Assembly (NCBI GenBank): GCA_002633005.1
Contig: NMRA01000094.1
Location: 969,915-1,033,914, forward strand
DNA length: 64,000 nt
From: Phoronis australis
Lineage: Eukaryota; Animalia; Phoronida
Direction: 5' to 3'
Both the position numbers and the translations under genes were made by a program. The notes beneath the pieces are model-generated. The model did not search any database. It was not told the DNA's origin and saw only the letters and a list, made by a program, of their open reading frames with translations. Numbering within the stretch: the stretch's first letter is position 1; the number at the start of each line of letters is the position of its first letter. Of the stretch, positions 53,891 through 64,000 are shown in pieces.

Positions 53891-54034
53891 GTTCACCATG
53901 TGTCTGTAATTTCAATAAGATTTCTTCAGTTTCATGGATCTATGAATCTCAAACTGTCTTCACTAACGCTTTAGACTGCTATATCAAGTGAATAGTGGAA
54001 CTTATCTATCTTACTCCTCATACTTTTTATTGAA

Positions 54035-54540
54035 CAAGGCTTGGAATTTTCCGCGGAAACGCGGATTTCCGCTTTTTTCAAATGTTCTGTCCACGCATTT
54101 TATTATATTTCCGCGTAAAAAAAATCTGATTTGATATAAAATTTCTGCGGCAAAGTCCTTTCTTACCATGGCGTTGCCGACTATGTTCACCTCGAAAAGC
54201 GGAAGTTGCTCTTTATGTTTCTTAGGAACGTAAATTGTCAACATTGCCGGGGCATCTGGGATAGCGTGGTGGGAGTTTCAATGGCGTCTCGTGTTATTGT
54301 AAACCGCGGTGACAAATACTACGGCTCTGCAGCCTAAAATGTGTGGGGGTGGGAGTGGACGGACGAGCCAAAAAGACGCAGACGCATGCTACTGTTGGTG
54401 GTCTTATTTTTTTTTTTTTATTAGTCCTCCCGACTTTTGTCGGCGAAAGGTTCATATCGACTATTTCAAGGCTGGGTAGCGCGCATGTTTTGGGCCGTAA
54501 GAGTTTCCGCGTTTTTTGTAATTGGTCATTCCAAGTCCTG
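54035..54540 (+). mobile_element. CAGGGCTTGGAAT MITE, copy 2
   Basis: Colinear with copy 1; flanks ATTGAA and ATTTAA. Confidence 0.85.
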
Positions 54541-55072
54541 ATTTAAAAATCATTAATTTTCTTAGATGTGTACATATTTCACTCTGTACACTAGCGACAT
54601 GGGTTTGTTTTTTGTTTTGGGATATGTTTTGGGTATATTCCTATTGAATTTTAAGTGAGGTAAAAAAATGCCACCCAGTTTTAAAGACCACCCATAATTT
54701 GAGTTTTTTCACCACCCTCGAATTCTTACTTCAACTGATGTCTCCCCACCCATACGACTCTGTTTCTGACCTGTGTTAGGGTGGGTGTGTGTATCGATTC
54801 TCTACATTGCTCATGTACTCACATGTCATGTATAACACATTCAAAGACATTAGGCGAGTACTAAATTAAAGGAAAACTTCCTACAATTTGTTTTCTGGTC
54901 TGCCCTGTCCATTTCATGAATATAGCGCCTTGATCATATATTGAGAAACCATATTAGCTGGGGTTACTTTAAAGAAGTATTGAAGTGTTGTTTAGTAAGA
55001 CGTCTGTCTCTTTTCCTTTATCTTCATGTAACCTCTAACAATGCTGAGTTAAAACTACTGATTCTACTTCAG

Positions 55073-55284
55073 AGGAGCTGAGCGATGTCATCGTGTATGC
55101 TGATTCCAACAACCCAAAAAATAAAAATCGTGGTTTCGCTTTCCTCGACTTCGCCAACCACAAGGCAGCATCGGCTGCCAGACGAAAGTTGATTTCTGGC
55201 AAATACAAGATCTGGGGTAGTATTACACCTGCTGCTGACTGGGCAGATCCTCAGACAGAGCCAGATGCAGAGACTATGGCCAAG
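55073..55284 (+). CDS. SYNCRIP: SYNCRIP coding exon 6 (RRM2: KNRGFAFLDF...ADWADPQTEPDAETMAK)
   Basis: RNP1 and WADP motifs; TTCAG acceptor and AAG|GTAAGT donor; 212 nt. Confidence 0.96.
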
Positions 55285-56047
55285 GTAAGTCAGGTTTGCC
55301 CAGTACAATTTATTAATGCTGCCTTAAACTAGCTGCCACGTGTGGGCATCGTGAGTCACTAGTGTGACCACCCATGCCTTTTCCTAGTGTATACTTTGAG
55401 ATATTGGCCAAGGGCATTTCTATGTCAGATTTTTATCAGGTTACCAAGCAAAGTAAGAGATCGTATGGGTGAGCTGCAGGTCGCCAAATAAGAGGTCACG
55501 TTGCTGAGCTGCAGGTCACCAAATAAGAGGTTGTATTGGTGTGCTGCAGGTCGCCAAATGGAGCCCTGTAGTTTGAAGCAATAACCAAGCCCTGAATCCA
55601 CTGTAATGGTATCCGGGCCTCAGTGATTGTGCATTGAAAAGAACTGACCATGTCAACTGGGTGAAGGCTAATAGTGTCATTGATACTTGGAAGCTGTTGA
55701 GTACCTTACAAGGGAGATTGTGGTCCCTCTTGTGTACCAGGACCCTGTGTACCATTCTTGTACATGTGCTGCTTGGTAAAGGTGAAATAGTTTGTGGTCA
55801 TATTCCCTGTAGATACTTGGGGTGCACAACGCAGATGTTTCTGCGCTGTATTGAAGCTAAGAAGCTTTTATGCAGAGATTGGACTTTCTATTCTACAGAT
55901 AATTGAGATAACTAGCCTTGCTGTGAAATATCATAGTCCACATGGCAAGCTGTCACAATTGTTGCAAGGAAGCTGAGACTCCTATTACATAGTGAACTGT
56001 TATATTGTATGGGAACATTTTAGACGGTTTCTTTTGCATTGTTGCAG

Positions 56048-56227
56048 GTGAAAGTATTGTATGTGAGTAACCTTTCATCAGATGTGACTGAAGAGATGCT
56101 CAAGACCAAGTTTGAGCCGTATGGTACTGTGGAGAGGGTGAAGAAGCCAGAAAACAAAGATTACGGCTTTGTGCACTTTGAGAAGAGAGAAGATGCTGTC
56201 TCAGCTATGGAAGACCTCAACAACCAG
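56048..56227 (+). CDS. SYNCRIP: SYNCRIP coding exon 7 (RRM3: VKVLYVSNL...[24 protein letters not shown]); ends at a GC donor
   Basis: RRM3 motifs; TTGCAG acceptor; CAG|GCAAGA joins in frame to the next exon; 180 nt. Confidence 0.9.
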
Positions 56228-56359
56228 GCAAGACGAATCTGTCATTTTGCTCATCTGTTAGCATCAACATCAATTGCTTTAAATCGTCAGTTACATTTTG
56301 TTGTCATGGCTTTTATGCACTTGGACTGGCTTGCTTCCCAGTGGCAGCCAGACTGATGA

Positions 56360-56925
56360 ATGTTACAACAGTGACTACAACTTTTATACAGATCTGACTA
56401 CCGCTGTGCCCCCCAGTGGCTATTTTGTTTTTTACATTTATCTTAGGAGTTTATTGACAGATATTCGTACAATTTGGCATCTATGTTTCTGTTTTTGAAC
56501 TGATCAGGCATATCTTGTGCCACGTTAAAGTTATTTTAATGTTTTGGTGTCTCCTTAATTCGTCACACTGCTCAAATGATCATTAAGAAAACTTGCAGAT
56601 GTTTTCCTTCTGACGTGTCACAACTACTGGGTCATACCCTAGTGGCAATGTTTATTTTTCTTTTACATCCACAGCTTATCACCTAAAGCACTTGTAAGTG
56701 TTTTCCTATGAACATGGCAACAGATGACTACTTTTTTCAGATGAAGCCAACTATTGCTGTGCCCTGTAGCGGCAGTTTTATTGTATTTTGATGGAATCTG
56801 GCAAAAAAGTTTGTGTTAAGGACATGTTTAGGCCTTCCCATTTGGTGGACTGGTTCAACATATTGTGCTCCACCTAATAACCATTTTTATGATACTAGAT
56901 AACACCTATAGAACAAGTCTTTGTT
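56360..56925 (-). mobile_element. Degraded HINE-like family B copy
   Basis: CAGATCTGACTACCGCTGTGCCCCCAGTGGC and related subrepeats. Confidence 0.55.
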
Positions 56926-57384
56926 GTCTTAAGTTTATTATGCTGTGATGGTGAGCTGGTCAGTGTTGTGTACAAGTAGTCTGCAGATGATGGGTGCTAA
57001 TGGTACATATTCAATCACTGCACCATCTGCAGTGCTCACTTTGTAGTTAAACTTAACATTGCTAAACTTTTAGTCGGTGGGCCAGATTTTGTAGTGCCTC
57101 TAGAAAATAGTTTTTGTGAGTACTTTTGGGGGGCAATTTTATTTTGGTGTTTTTTAATTCATTTATTAGAGTGTTTTCAAAATCTAAAAAGTTCCCACGT
57201 ATAAAGTTGCACATTTTTGANCCAATGTGACTTCGCCTCTGTCTCTGTTTATGCGACTTGAAGGTTTTTAGCGATACTAGATTAAAATTACATGTGGCCA
57301 AGGAGACATCAGCTCAAATTTCAAAGTTGTTAGTGAAATCATAGATATGTTTTATTGTCGAATAGTGATAAGTTGTCAGTTGGT

Positions 57385-57705
57385 TAGAAGGCTATTGGTA
57401 GTGTTAAGTGTATGTGTGCATGTTACAAGGCTATTGGTAGTGTTAGGTTTATGTATGTGTGCATGTTACAAGGCTATTGGTAGTGTTAAGTGTATATGTG
57501 TGCATGTTACAGGGCTATTGGTAGTGTTAGGTTTATGTATGTGTGCATGGTAACAAGGCTATTGGTACTGTTAAGCGTATGTATGTTTGCATGGTTACAA
57601 GGCTATTGGTACTGTTAAGCGTGTGTATGTTTCCATGGTTACAAGGCTATTGGTAGTTCTTGCTTGGTGCCCATGTTGGTGTTAAGTGTATATGTGTGCA
57701 GCTTA
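57385..57705. repeat. ~40-44-bp minisatellite (AAGGCTATTGGTAGTGTTAAGTGTATGTGTGCATGTTAC)
   Basis: About 7 copies immediately upstream of the coding exon 8 acceptor. Confidence 0.9.
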
Positions 57706-57733
57706 TAACTATTGCCATTATTTCATTGTGCAG

Positions 57734-57828
57734 AAACTGGGCGAGAATGAGATGAATATCAAACTGGCCAAGCCCACCCAAACTAACAAGAGGAAAGAAA
57801 TGAGACGGATGAGAGGTGGCCCTGGAGG
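57734..57828 (+). CDS. SYNCRIP: SYNCRIP coding exon 8 (KLGENEMNIKLAKPTQTNKRKEMRRMRGGPG)
   Basis: Manual translation; completes RRM3 (compare vertebrate EGENIEIVFAKP); GTGCAG acceptor and GG|GTGAGT donor; 95 nt. Confidence 0.9.
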
Positions 57829-57945
57829 GTGAGTGGGTCTCTGCTTCTATTTCTTGGTGTCTTAAATTGTTATAATATTGATAACTTGCAGTGTAGAGTG
57901 TCGAGTGTGTGTGTATTGCCATATCATAAAGTGGTTGTTTTGTAG

Positions 57946-58102
57946 CTTTGATGGTCACGGCGGTTATGGTGGATATGGCGGTATGGGTGGTGGTTACGAT
58001 GGATATGGTGGACCCATGTACAGAGGCTACGGTGGTTTTGACAATCACTACGGAGGTTACTATGACTACTATGGCTATGGTAGAGGCAGAGGACGTGGAA
58101 TG
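57946..58102 (+). CDS. SYNCRIP: SYNCRIP coding exon 9 (Gly/Tyr-rich low-complexity region, RGRG)
   Basis: TTGTAG acceptor and ATG|GTAAGT donor; 157 nt, phase 2 to 0. Confidence 0.9.
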
Positions 58103-58282
58103 GTAAGTGGGGCTATGGGAATTTAGTATGTCAAGTTCTGTGTCTTAGAAAATGGCTTTGTTGTTTTATGCACTATTACTTAAGAAAACACAAGAGGGCA
58201 GGTGAGGATCTCAGCTTACTTTTCTCTTCAGTCAGTTACCATGCTAGCTGTTGGTGTTTATACTTAAAGTATTTGCCCCAGT

Positions 58283-58513
58283 ATAAGCCCACTGCTGGCT
58301 GCAAGCCCACTACTGGCTATATGCCCACTGCTGGCTATATGCCCATTGCTGGCTATAAGCCCACTGCTGGCGATATGTCCACTCCTGGCTATATGCCCAC
58401 TGCTGGCTATGTGCCCACTACTGGCTATATGCCCACTACTAGCTATATGCATGCACACTGCTGGCAATAAGCCTACTGCTAGTGATAAGCCTACTGCTAG
58501 CTACAAGCCCACC
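58283..58513. repeat. 18-bp minisatellite (ATATGCCCACTGCTGGCT)
   Basis: About 12 copies. Confidence 0.92.
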
Positions 58514-59139
58514 ACAAAATTTTTTATTGTATTTAATTTTATCTTGTCAGATATAAACATCAGTTGTGTCTTGTGCCTATGAGGAATAAGGTAGTGTGTC
58601 TGTTGTCAGTTTATTTTATTTAGAAGTTGATGGTCAGCAAATGTCCGATAAAAGCTCACATGGTAATGTTATGCTTGCCTTTGTTTAGTTTTGACCAATT
58701 TTGAGGTGACTGTGTATCAAATTGTTCACTCCTTAACAGTGTTTTCTCTAATAGTGCGTACATGGCCCTTGAAACATGCCATTTGTCTCTAATAGTTCAT
58801 GCAGTAGGAGTCCAAGGGAAAAGTAGTTCGTACACATATTTGCGTGGGAAAAAATAAGTCGTACACATTTTTTTGAATATGTAAAATGGAAATTCGTATT
58901 CTTATGAAAGAACGCAAATCAGTAACCGCCAGTTACATTCGGGTAATCGGAATCCGTGGTTTGCTACACTACGCAAGTATAGAGCTTGGAAAGTCGTTTT
59001 TCAAATCTCCATTTTTGGCGACAGCAAATGTAGAAATGGCGATACGATTTTACAGTGTCGCCAACTGGCGGTAAAAATGTCATAACAGTGGATTTTCCCA
59101 ACAAAGGTTCTGTTACCCTCAGATTAGTCCTACACATGG

Positions 59140-60017
59140 CAGGGCTTGGAATTTTCTGCGGAAACTCGGATTTCCGCTTTTTTCAAATGTCCTGTCCGCG
59201 CATTTTATTATATTTCCGCGTAAAAAAAATCGGATTTGATATAAAATTTCCGTGACAAATTCCTTTCTTGCCGCGGCGTTGCAGACAACGTTAACCTCGA
59301 AAAGCGGAAGTTACTCTTTATGTTTTGGAGGAACGTAAGTTGTCAACATTGCCGGGGCATCTGGGATAGCGTGGTGGGATTTTCAATGGTGTCTCGTGTT
59401 ATTGTAAACCGCGGCGACAAATACTACGGCTCTGCAGCCAAAAATGTGTGGGTTTGGGAGTGGACGGACGACCTAAAAGGACGCAGACGCATGCTACTAA
59501 TAGTGGTAACGTTTTTTTTTTCTTTTTTGTCTTTTTTTCTTTTTTTTTTCTTTTTTTTTTAGTCCTCCCGATTTTTGTCGGGGAAAGGTTCACATCGACC
59601 ATTTCAAGGCTGGGTAGCGCGCATGATTTGGGCCGTAAAAGTTTCCGCGTTATTTGTCATTGGTCATTCCAAGCCCTGAANNNNNNNNNNNNNNNNNNNN
59701 NNNNNNNNNNNNNNNNNNNNNNNNNNNNNNNNNNNNNNNNNNNNNNNNNNNNNNNNNNNNNNNNNNNNNNNNNNNNNNNNNNNNGCGAATACTACGGCTC
59801 TGCAGCCAAAAATGTGTGGGGGTGGGAGTGGAGGAGTGGATGGACGAGATAAAAAGACGCAGACGCATGCTACTGATGGTGGTAACGTTTTTTTTTTTTA
59901 GTCCTACCGATTTTTGTCGGCGAAAGGTTCACATCAACTGTTTCAAGGCTGGGTAGCGCGTATGTTTTGGGCCGTTAAAGTTTACGCGTTTTTTGTCATT
60001 GGTCATTCCAGGCCCTG
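59140..60017 (+). mobile_element. CAGGGCTTGGAAT MITE, copy 3 (59140-59678) plus a second 3' half after the gap (59785-60017)
   Basis: TIRs present; ACATGG precedes 59140 and follows 60017. Confidence 0.8.
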
Positions 60018-62389
60018 ACATGGTCATACGCAATGAATTGTTAACGTAAGCATTAGTGCCGCTGTCTTATCTCAAACGATTGGCGTCACTCACTTGCTGT
60101 TGCATGAGACACGCTACGCAATGAAGATAAGAATCAGAGGCACAGAGCCAGTCATCAATCAAAAGCAACTGCAAGGTCACTACTAGACGAGTATTTGCTT
60201 AACATTTTATGAAAAAATACTATTGTCTGGCTGGGGATGAGTAGTGAACCCGAATAGTGGGGGCCACTAGGGAAAAAATACTTTGTACAGTAGGTGGCCG
60301 AGCGAAAAATAGTTGGTACACGTATCTTCGTCGGTAAAAATAACTAATCACCAATTATTCGGTAATTGGCACCGTCGGTTTGCTGTACGACTAAGTTAGT
60401 GATGAGCTCTAATCAGGAAATGCATACTTATTGAGTACGCTAAAGTTCGTTGTCCGTTGTAATCAGCCGGGACTCGACATAACGAGCTGCAGGTCACAAT
60501 TGTGACCTGAAATTTGGAAACACGCACTGAGACTGCTCATTTCGTATCAAGTCACAACGTGCGATTCTGGAAATTTCCAAGTACACTAGCCTAGTATTTG
60601 GCGGCAAGTAAATACCTGGCAAACATACTGTGCAAATCTGACTGTTACTTGGTTGTTGCCAGATCAAGTTGAACACTAACAGAGAACAGTGCTCATTGAT
60701 TCGTAATCATGTCAAGTAAACATTGGATAAGTCAGAACCCATCTTTGGCGCATTTCATTGGCTAGTGTTTTCGGCTACTTTTGCAAATTTTTGGATGCGC
60801 CAGCAAAAAAATTTGGACCATGGCATCGATATGTGATAAATAGTCACAGTCACCTGTCACTCACATATGTTGCAGCTAATGTAACGTGTACTCCAGCGAT
60901 TCAAGTGTGGCAACTTGCACACGCACCACTTCAAAGCCGCACATCAAAAGAAAATGGCGACAATCCTAACTAAGAGTGTATACAGGCTCGACTCTACGTT
61001 TAAGCAGCCTGGGTGTTTACTTGACAATCAAGTTGAATCTCCTGGGGTTATAAAAGACCCGTTGTTTTGCGATATTCCATGGGCTCAATGCTCCCCAGAA
61101 GCACTATGTTCTATTTCAATGTTTCGTGGCTTGATGTTCCCTTTCTGTACACCCTCTCCCACTACCGCCAATTTTCATAGTCGACCTCGTAGATAGGAAG
61201 AATTTTGTTCCCGCTGATGCTGGCCAATGTAGAAACAAAATTATTCCGGGTGGCTGTACAGGTGGGTGGAAACATTACCTACACAAACACGCCTAGGCAG
61301 GTTTGACTCAAGAAATCATATAATAACATTTCTTATTATTGCAGTCATTACATTTTTTTTTACCACAAACATTCACGTATAGTATTCGTCTAACACGGAA
61401 TACGGTAAGCGCCCAGTGCTCTTCTAAGCGTCCCCTTTAAGTTTTGAGAAATTTCAGTTAAGCACCAGGGCACACAACCTTCCTTTTCATTAAGTCCTGA
61501 TCAACCCTGAGTAACTTCATGCTTGTCCGTACTAAAGAACCGCCAGTGACATTGCTGAAATCTGCTTTATATGCCAGTTTGATTGACAGTAAGCGAAAAA
61601 CAAAACCTGACTTGCATTTTTCATTACTTCAAGATGATAGACAAACATCCAGTAACGTTTTGGCAATTTTTGAATCCTTGGTAACCTAGCAATTATACAT
61701 TTCCAGAAAACTAAGTTGGGGAATTTCATCAAAATAGGGAGAATTAGACACATTTCCAGGAGGTATAAGATTTGTTCAAAATCCGAGAGCTCTCCTAAAT
61801 CAAATTAAGAGTGTTGGCAAAACCACCATCACATTTCTCCGTCATGAATTTTTCAAATACGTGTTTTATCTAGTGCGCTTCAGTCGGAAACTTAGTGCGC
61901 AGACGATATGGCTGAAAGCGGATGTACGGAAGCGGGTGAGGCTCTTCAAGTTAGTGAACATGGGAAGAAAATAAAGTGACAAAGAGTTCAAGTATTATAT
62001 TTTGAAGTAAACCCATCACTCGGGAAAATAACTTGTTACTTGTAATGTAATTCACATTGCCAAACCACTGTCCTGGAGGCCGTTGTTGCACTCATTTTTA
62101 TCTTCGATCTTTATCTCTAATTGTTCAAACACTCAACTTTCTTCTCTTATAGAATGTGTGGCCAGTTTTCTCTATTAATTCGGACACGAAGCTCTGAAGG
62201 GAAAATAGTTCATACACTAATGTACGGACTATTAGAGAAAACACTGTATAGGGTTTTGGTGTTGGTTGGTATGTCGATGTCATTTGAGATGTCTCTGTTT
62301 GAGAGCCCTTGTAATTGTAAATGTATTTATCGATGAAGTGTCATTTTCTGGAAGTACGTTTAATATTCACTCCTTGTTTTGTGCCATAG

Positions 62390-62698
62390 GGTCGAGGTGG
62401 TCCCGGTGGCCCCATGCGAGGCTTCCATGGTGGACCTGGGATGATGCGAGGTGGGGGCATGCGAGGTGGTGGCTTCCGAGGCGGTCGCGGAGGTCCACGT
62501 GGTGGTCCACGCGGCGGCGGCGGCGGCTACAACGGTGCACGTGCTGGAAAACGTAAGTTTGGCGGCGATAACCAGCAGCAGGCCAAACGTCGGCCAACGG
62601 ACCAGTCGTGGGGCTCCCAGCCCATTGCCCAGCAGCCTATGCAGGATTTTGGGGGCAATAACCAGTGGTACCAGGATTCATTCAATAGCAGCTGGTGA
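62390..62698 (+). CDS. SYNCRIP: SYNCRIP terminal coding exon (RGG box, KRK...KRR bipartite NLS, WGSQPIAQQP...WYQDSF)
   Basis: CCATAG acceptor; C-terminus resembles hnRNP Q/R; TGA stop. The exons sum to 1776 nt, i.e. 591 aa. Likely co-orthologue of vertebrate SYNCRIP and HNRNPR. Confidence 0.95.
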   Translation, partial: GRGGPGGPMRGFHGGPGMMRGGGMRGGGFRGGRGGPRGGPRGGGGGYNGARAGKRKFGGDNQQQAKRRPTDQSWGSQPIAQQPMQDFGGNNQWYQDSFNSSW

Positions 62699-63330
62699 AA
62701 ACTTGGACAGCTAAATTAACACTTTGCAATCTCTGCTGAGACTGCAGGAATGTAACATTCTCAATTTCCCTACTCTCGTCACAAAAGCAGTTTTATATGA
62801 AAAAACATCTTATTCCGAAACATTTGCATCATCCATATCTAACTGTACAAGGATTCAAGGTTTTGAAAACAAGTGATCACAGTGACTGCTGTGTACAGTT
62901 TTTCAGCTTTGGATTTATGACAGAAATTCTCACGCTGGTGAAAGAGACATTACTTTCGACAAGAACGTGAAATGTTGTTCAACAGTAGAAAAATCTTCTG
63001 TGCGTGTGCGCTCCGTGCTTTTTCAATCTGCTGTAAATAGCTGGTCCGGTGATTGAAGTGGCCCTTTTATATTCATGATGGAAGTTTTACGGAATTGCCG
63101 GGGACACATGTCTGATTCTTAAAACTGTTCTGTAATAACTGTGTGTAAATGAATGTGTAGTGATAATCTAGTTTTTCATAAGATAAGTGTAAACAAGGGT
63201 GGTGAACTTTTCTGTAATTATATGTTGCACCATCTCCTCTGTGTTTATCATACAAATGTCGCATTTTGGCACATTGTCTTTTCTTTCTTTGACATATGTA
63301 AATGCTCGTGTTGTAACACATGGTTTCAGA

Positions 63331-63336
63331 AATAAA
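63331..63336 (+). terminator. Probable polyadenylation signal of SYNCRIP (further AATAAA at 63513 and 63527)
   Basis: AATAAA followed by a GT/T-rich tract at ~63368-63382. Confidence 0.5.
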
Positions 63337-64000
63337 ACGTCACACTTTTAGCTTTTAGACAAAACAATGTTTGTTGTTTTTTACAAATTTCGTTTGATGT
63401 GCAAAAAATTCCACATCTATACTTGCTGTTCAAAAAAGCGTCATGTGCGTAGTGCCTTAGGTTGTAGCTCGCATCCATACTAACCCGTTTTCTTTCTTTT
63501 TCTCTCTTTACAAATAAAGCCAACTAAATAAAACATGGAAAGAAAACAAAATCTGTGCAATCTCAAGTTCACAGCTAAAAATCTGCGAATTTACAAAAGT
63601 CACCTGTCCTTTGATAAATCACCATTGCAATCAATTTGTGTGTGAAAGCAAGGATTTAGTGAGACTGTTTCACGTCTGGAAATGGGATATATTCCCTAAA
63701 CTACATTTGATTGAAAGTCTTGGAACATAGTTGGCGTTGCTGCGGCAACCTAGGTTCCTCAAACAGCCACGTGGAGCACCCTCTGTTGGTAGACTAAGAG
63801 AACAGTGGTGGACAAGAGGATGGCTGTGACTATTGCGCTTGAGGTAATGTATGCTTTGCTGTCCACCAACTTCACACTCACTCTCGACATTCGATTGTGC
63901 TGCAAGTGGAAATGGGCAATACACAATTTTCTTGGCCACAAGGATTCACACATGAAAAACTAATCAAATACCAAAGTCGCCATCTTCTCAGTGTATTAAA

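Noticed and set aside
56352-56400. TGATGA...CTGA as an intronic box C/D snoRNA
   Set aside because: Too short, no terminal stem, and it overlaps a family B repeat.

Overview
AT-rich, intron- and repeat-rich animal genomic DNA (invertebrate-like, possibly lophotrochozoan; species not determinable) from a gapped draft assembly, not a prokaryotic window. Two divergently transcribed spliced genes can be rebuilt with consistent exon phases. On the minus strand is a TMTC2-like protein O-mannosyltransferase: 6 exons, 33863 down to 2366, with the remaining TPR exons apparently beyond the left edge. On the plus strand is a complete SYNCRIP/hnRNP Q-R (Syp-like) gene: a probable non-coding first exon ending at 39271, then 10 coding exons at 44862-62698 encoding 591 aa. 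Introns carry non-autonomous DNA transposons (Kolobok-like with a THAP remnant, pogo/Tc1-like, hAT-like with 6- and 7-bp TSDs, Helentron/HINE-like), a Penelope-like GIY-YIG fragment and many minisatellites. Several duplications beside N gaps look like assembly artefacts. I found no convincing new multi-gene system. The best leads are a 67-bp minisatellite made from a TMTC2 exon/5' splice-site junction, a uORF whose stop overlaps the TMTC2 start (TAATG), a GC-AG intron in SYNCRIP, and a MITE family with 6-bp TSDs. All coordinates were read by eye; repeat boundaries are approximate.
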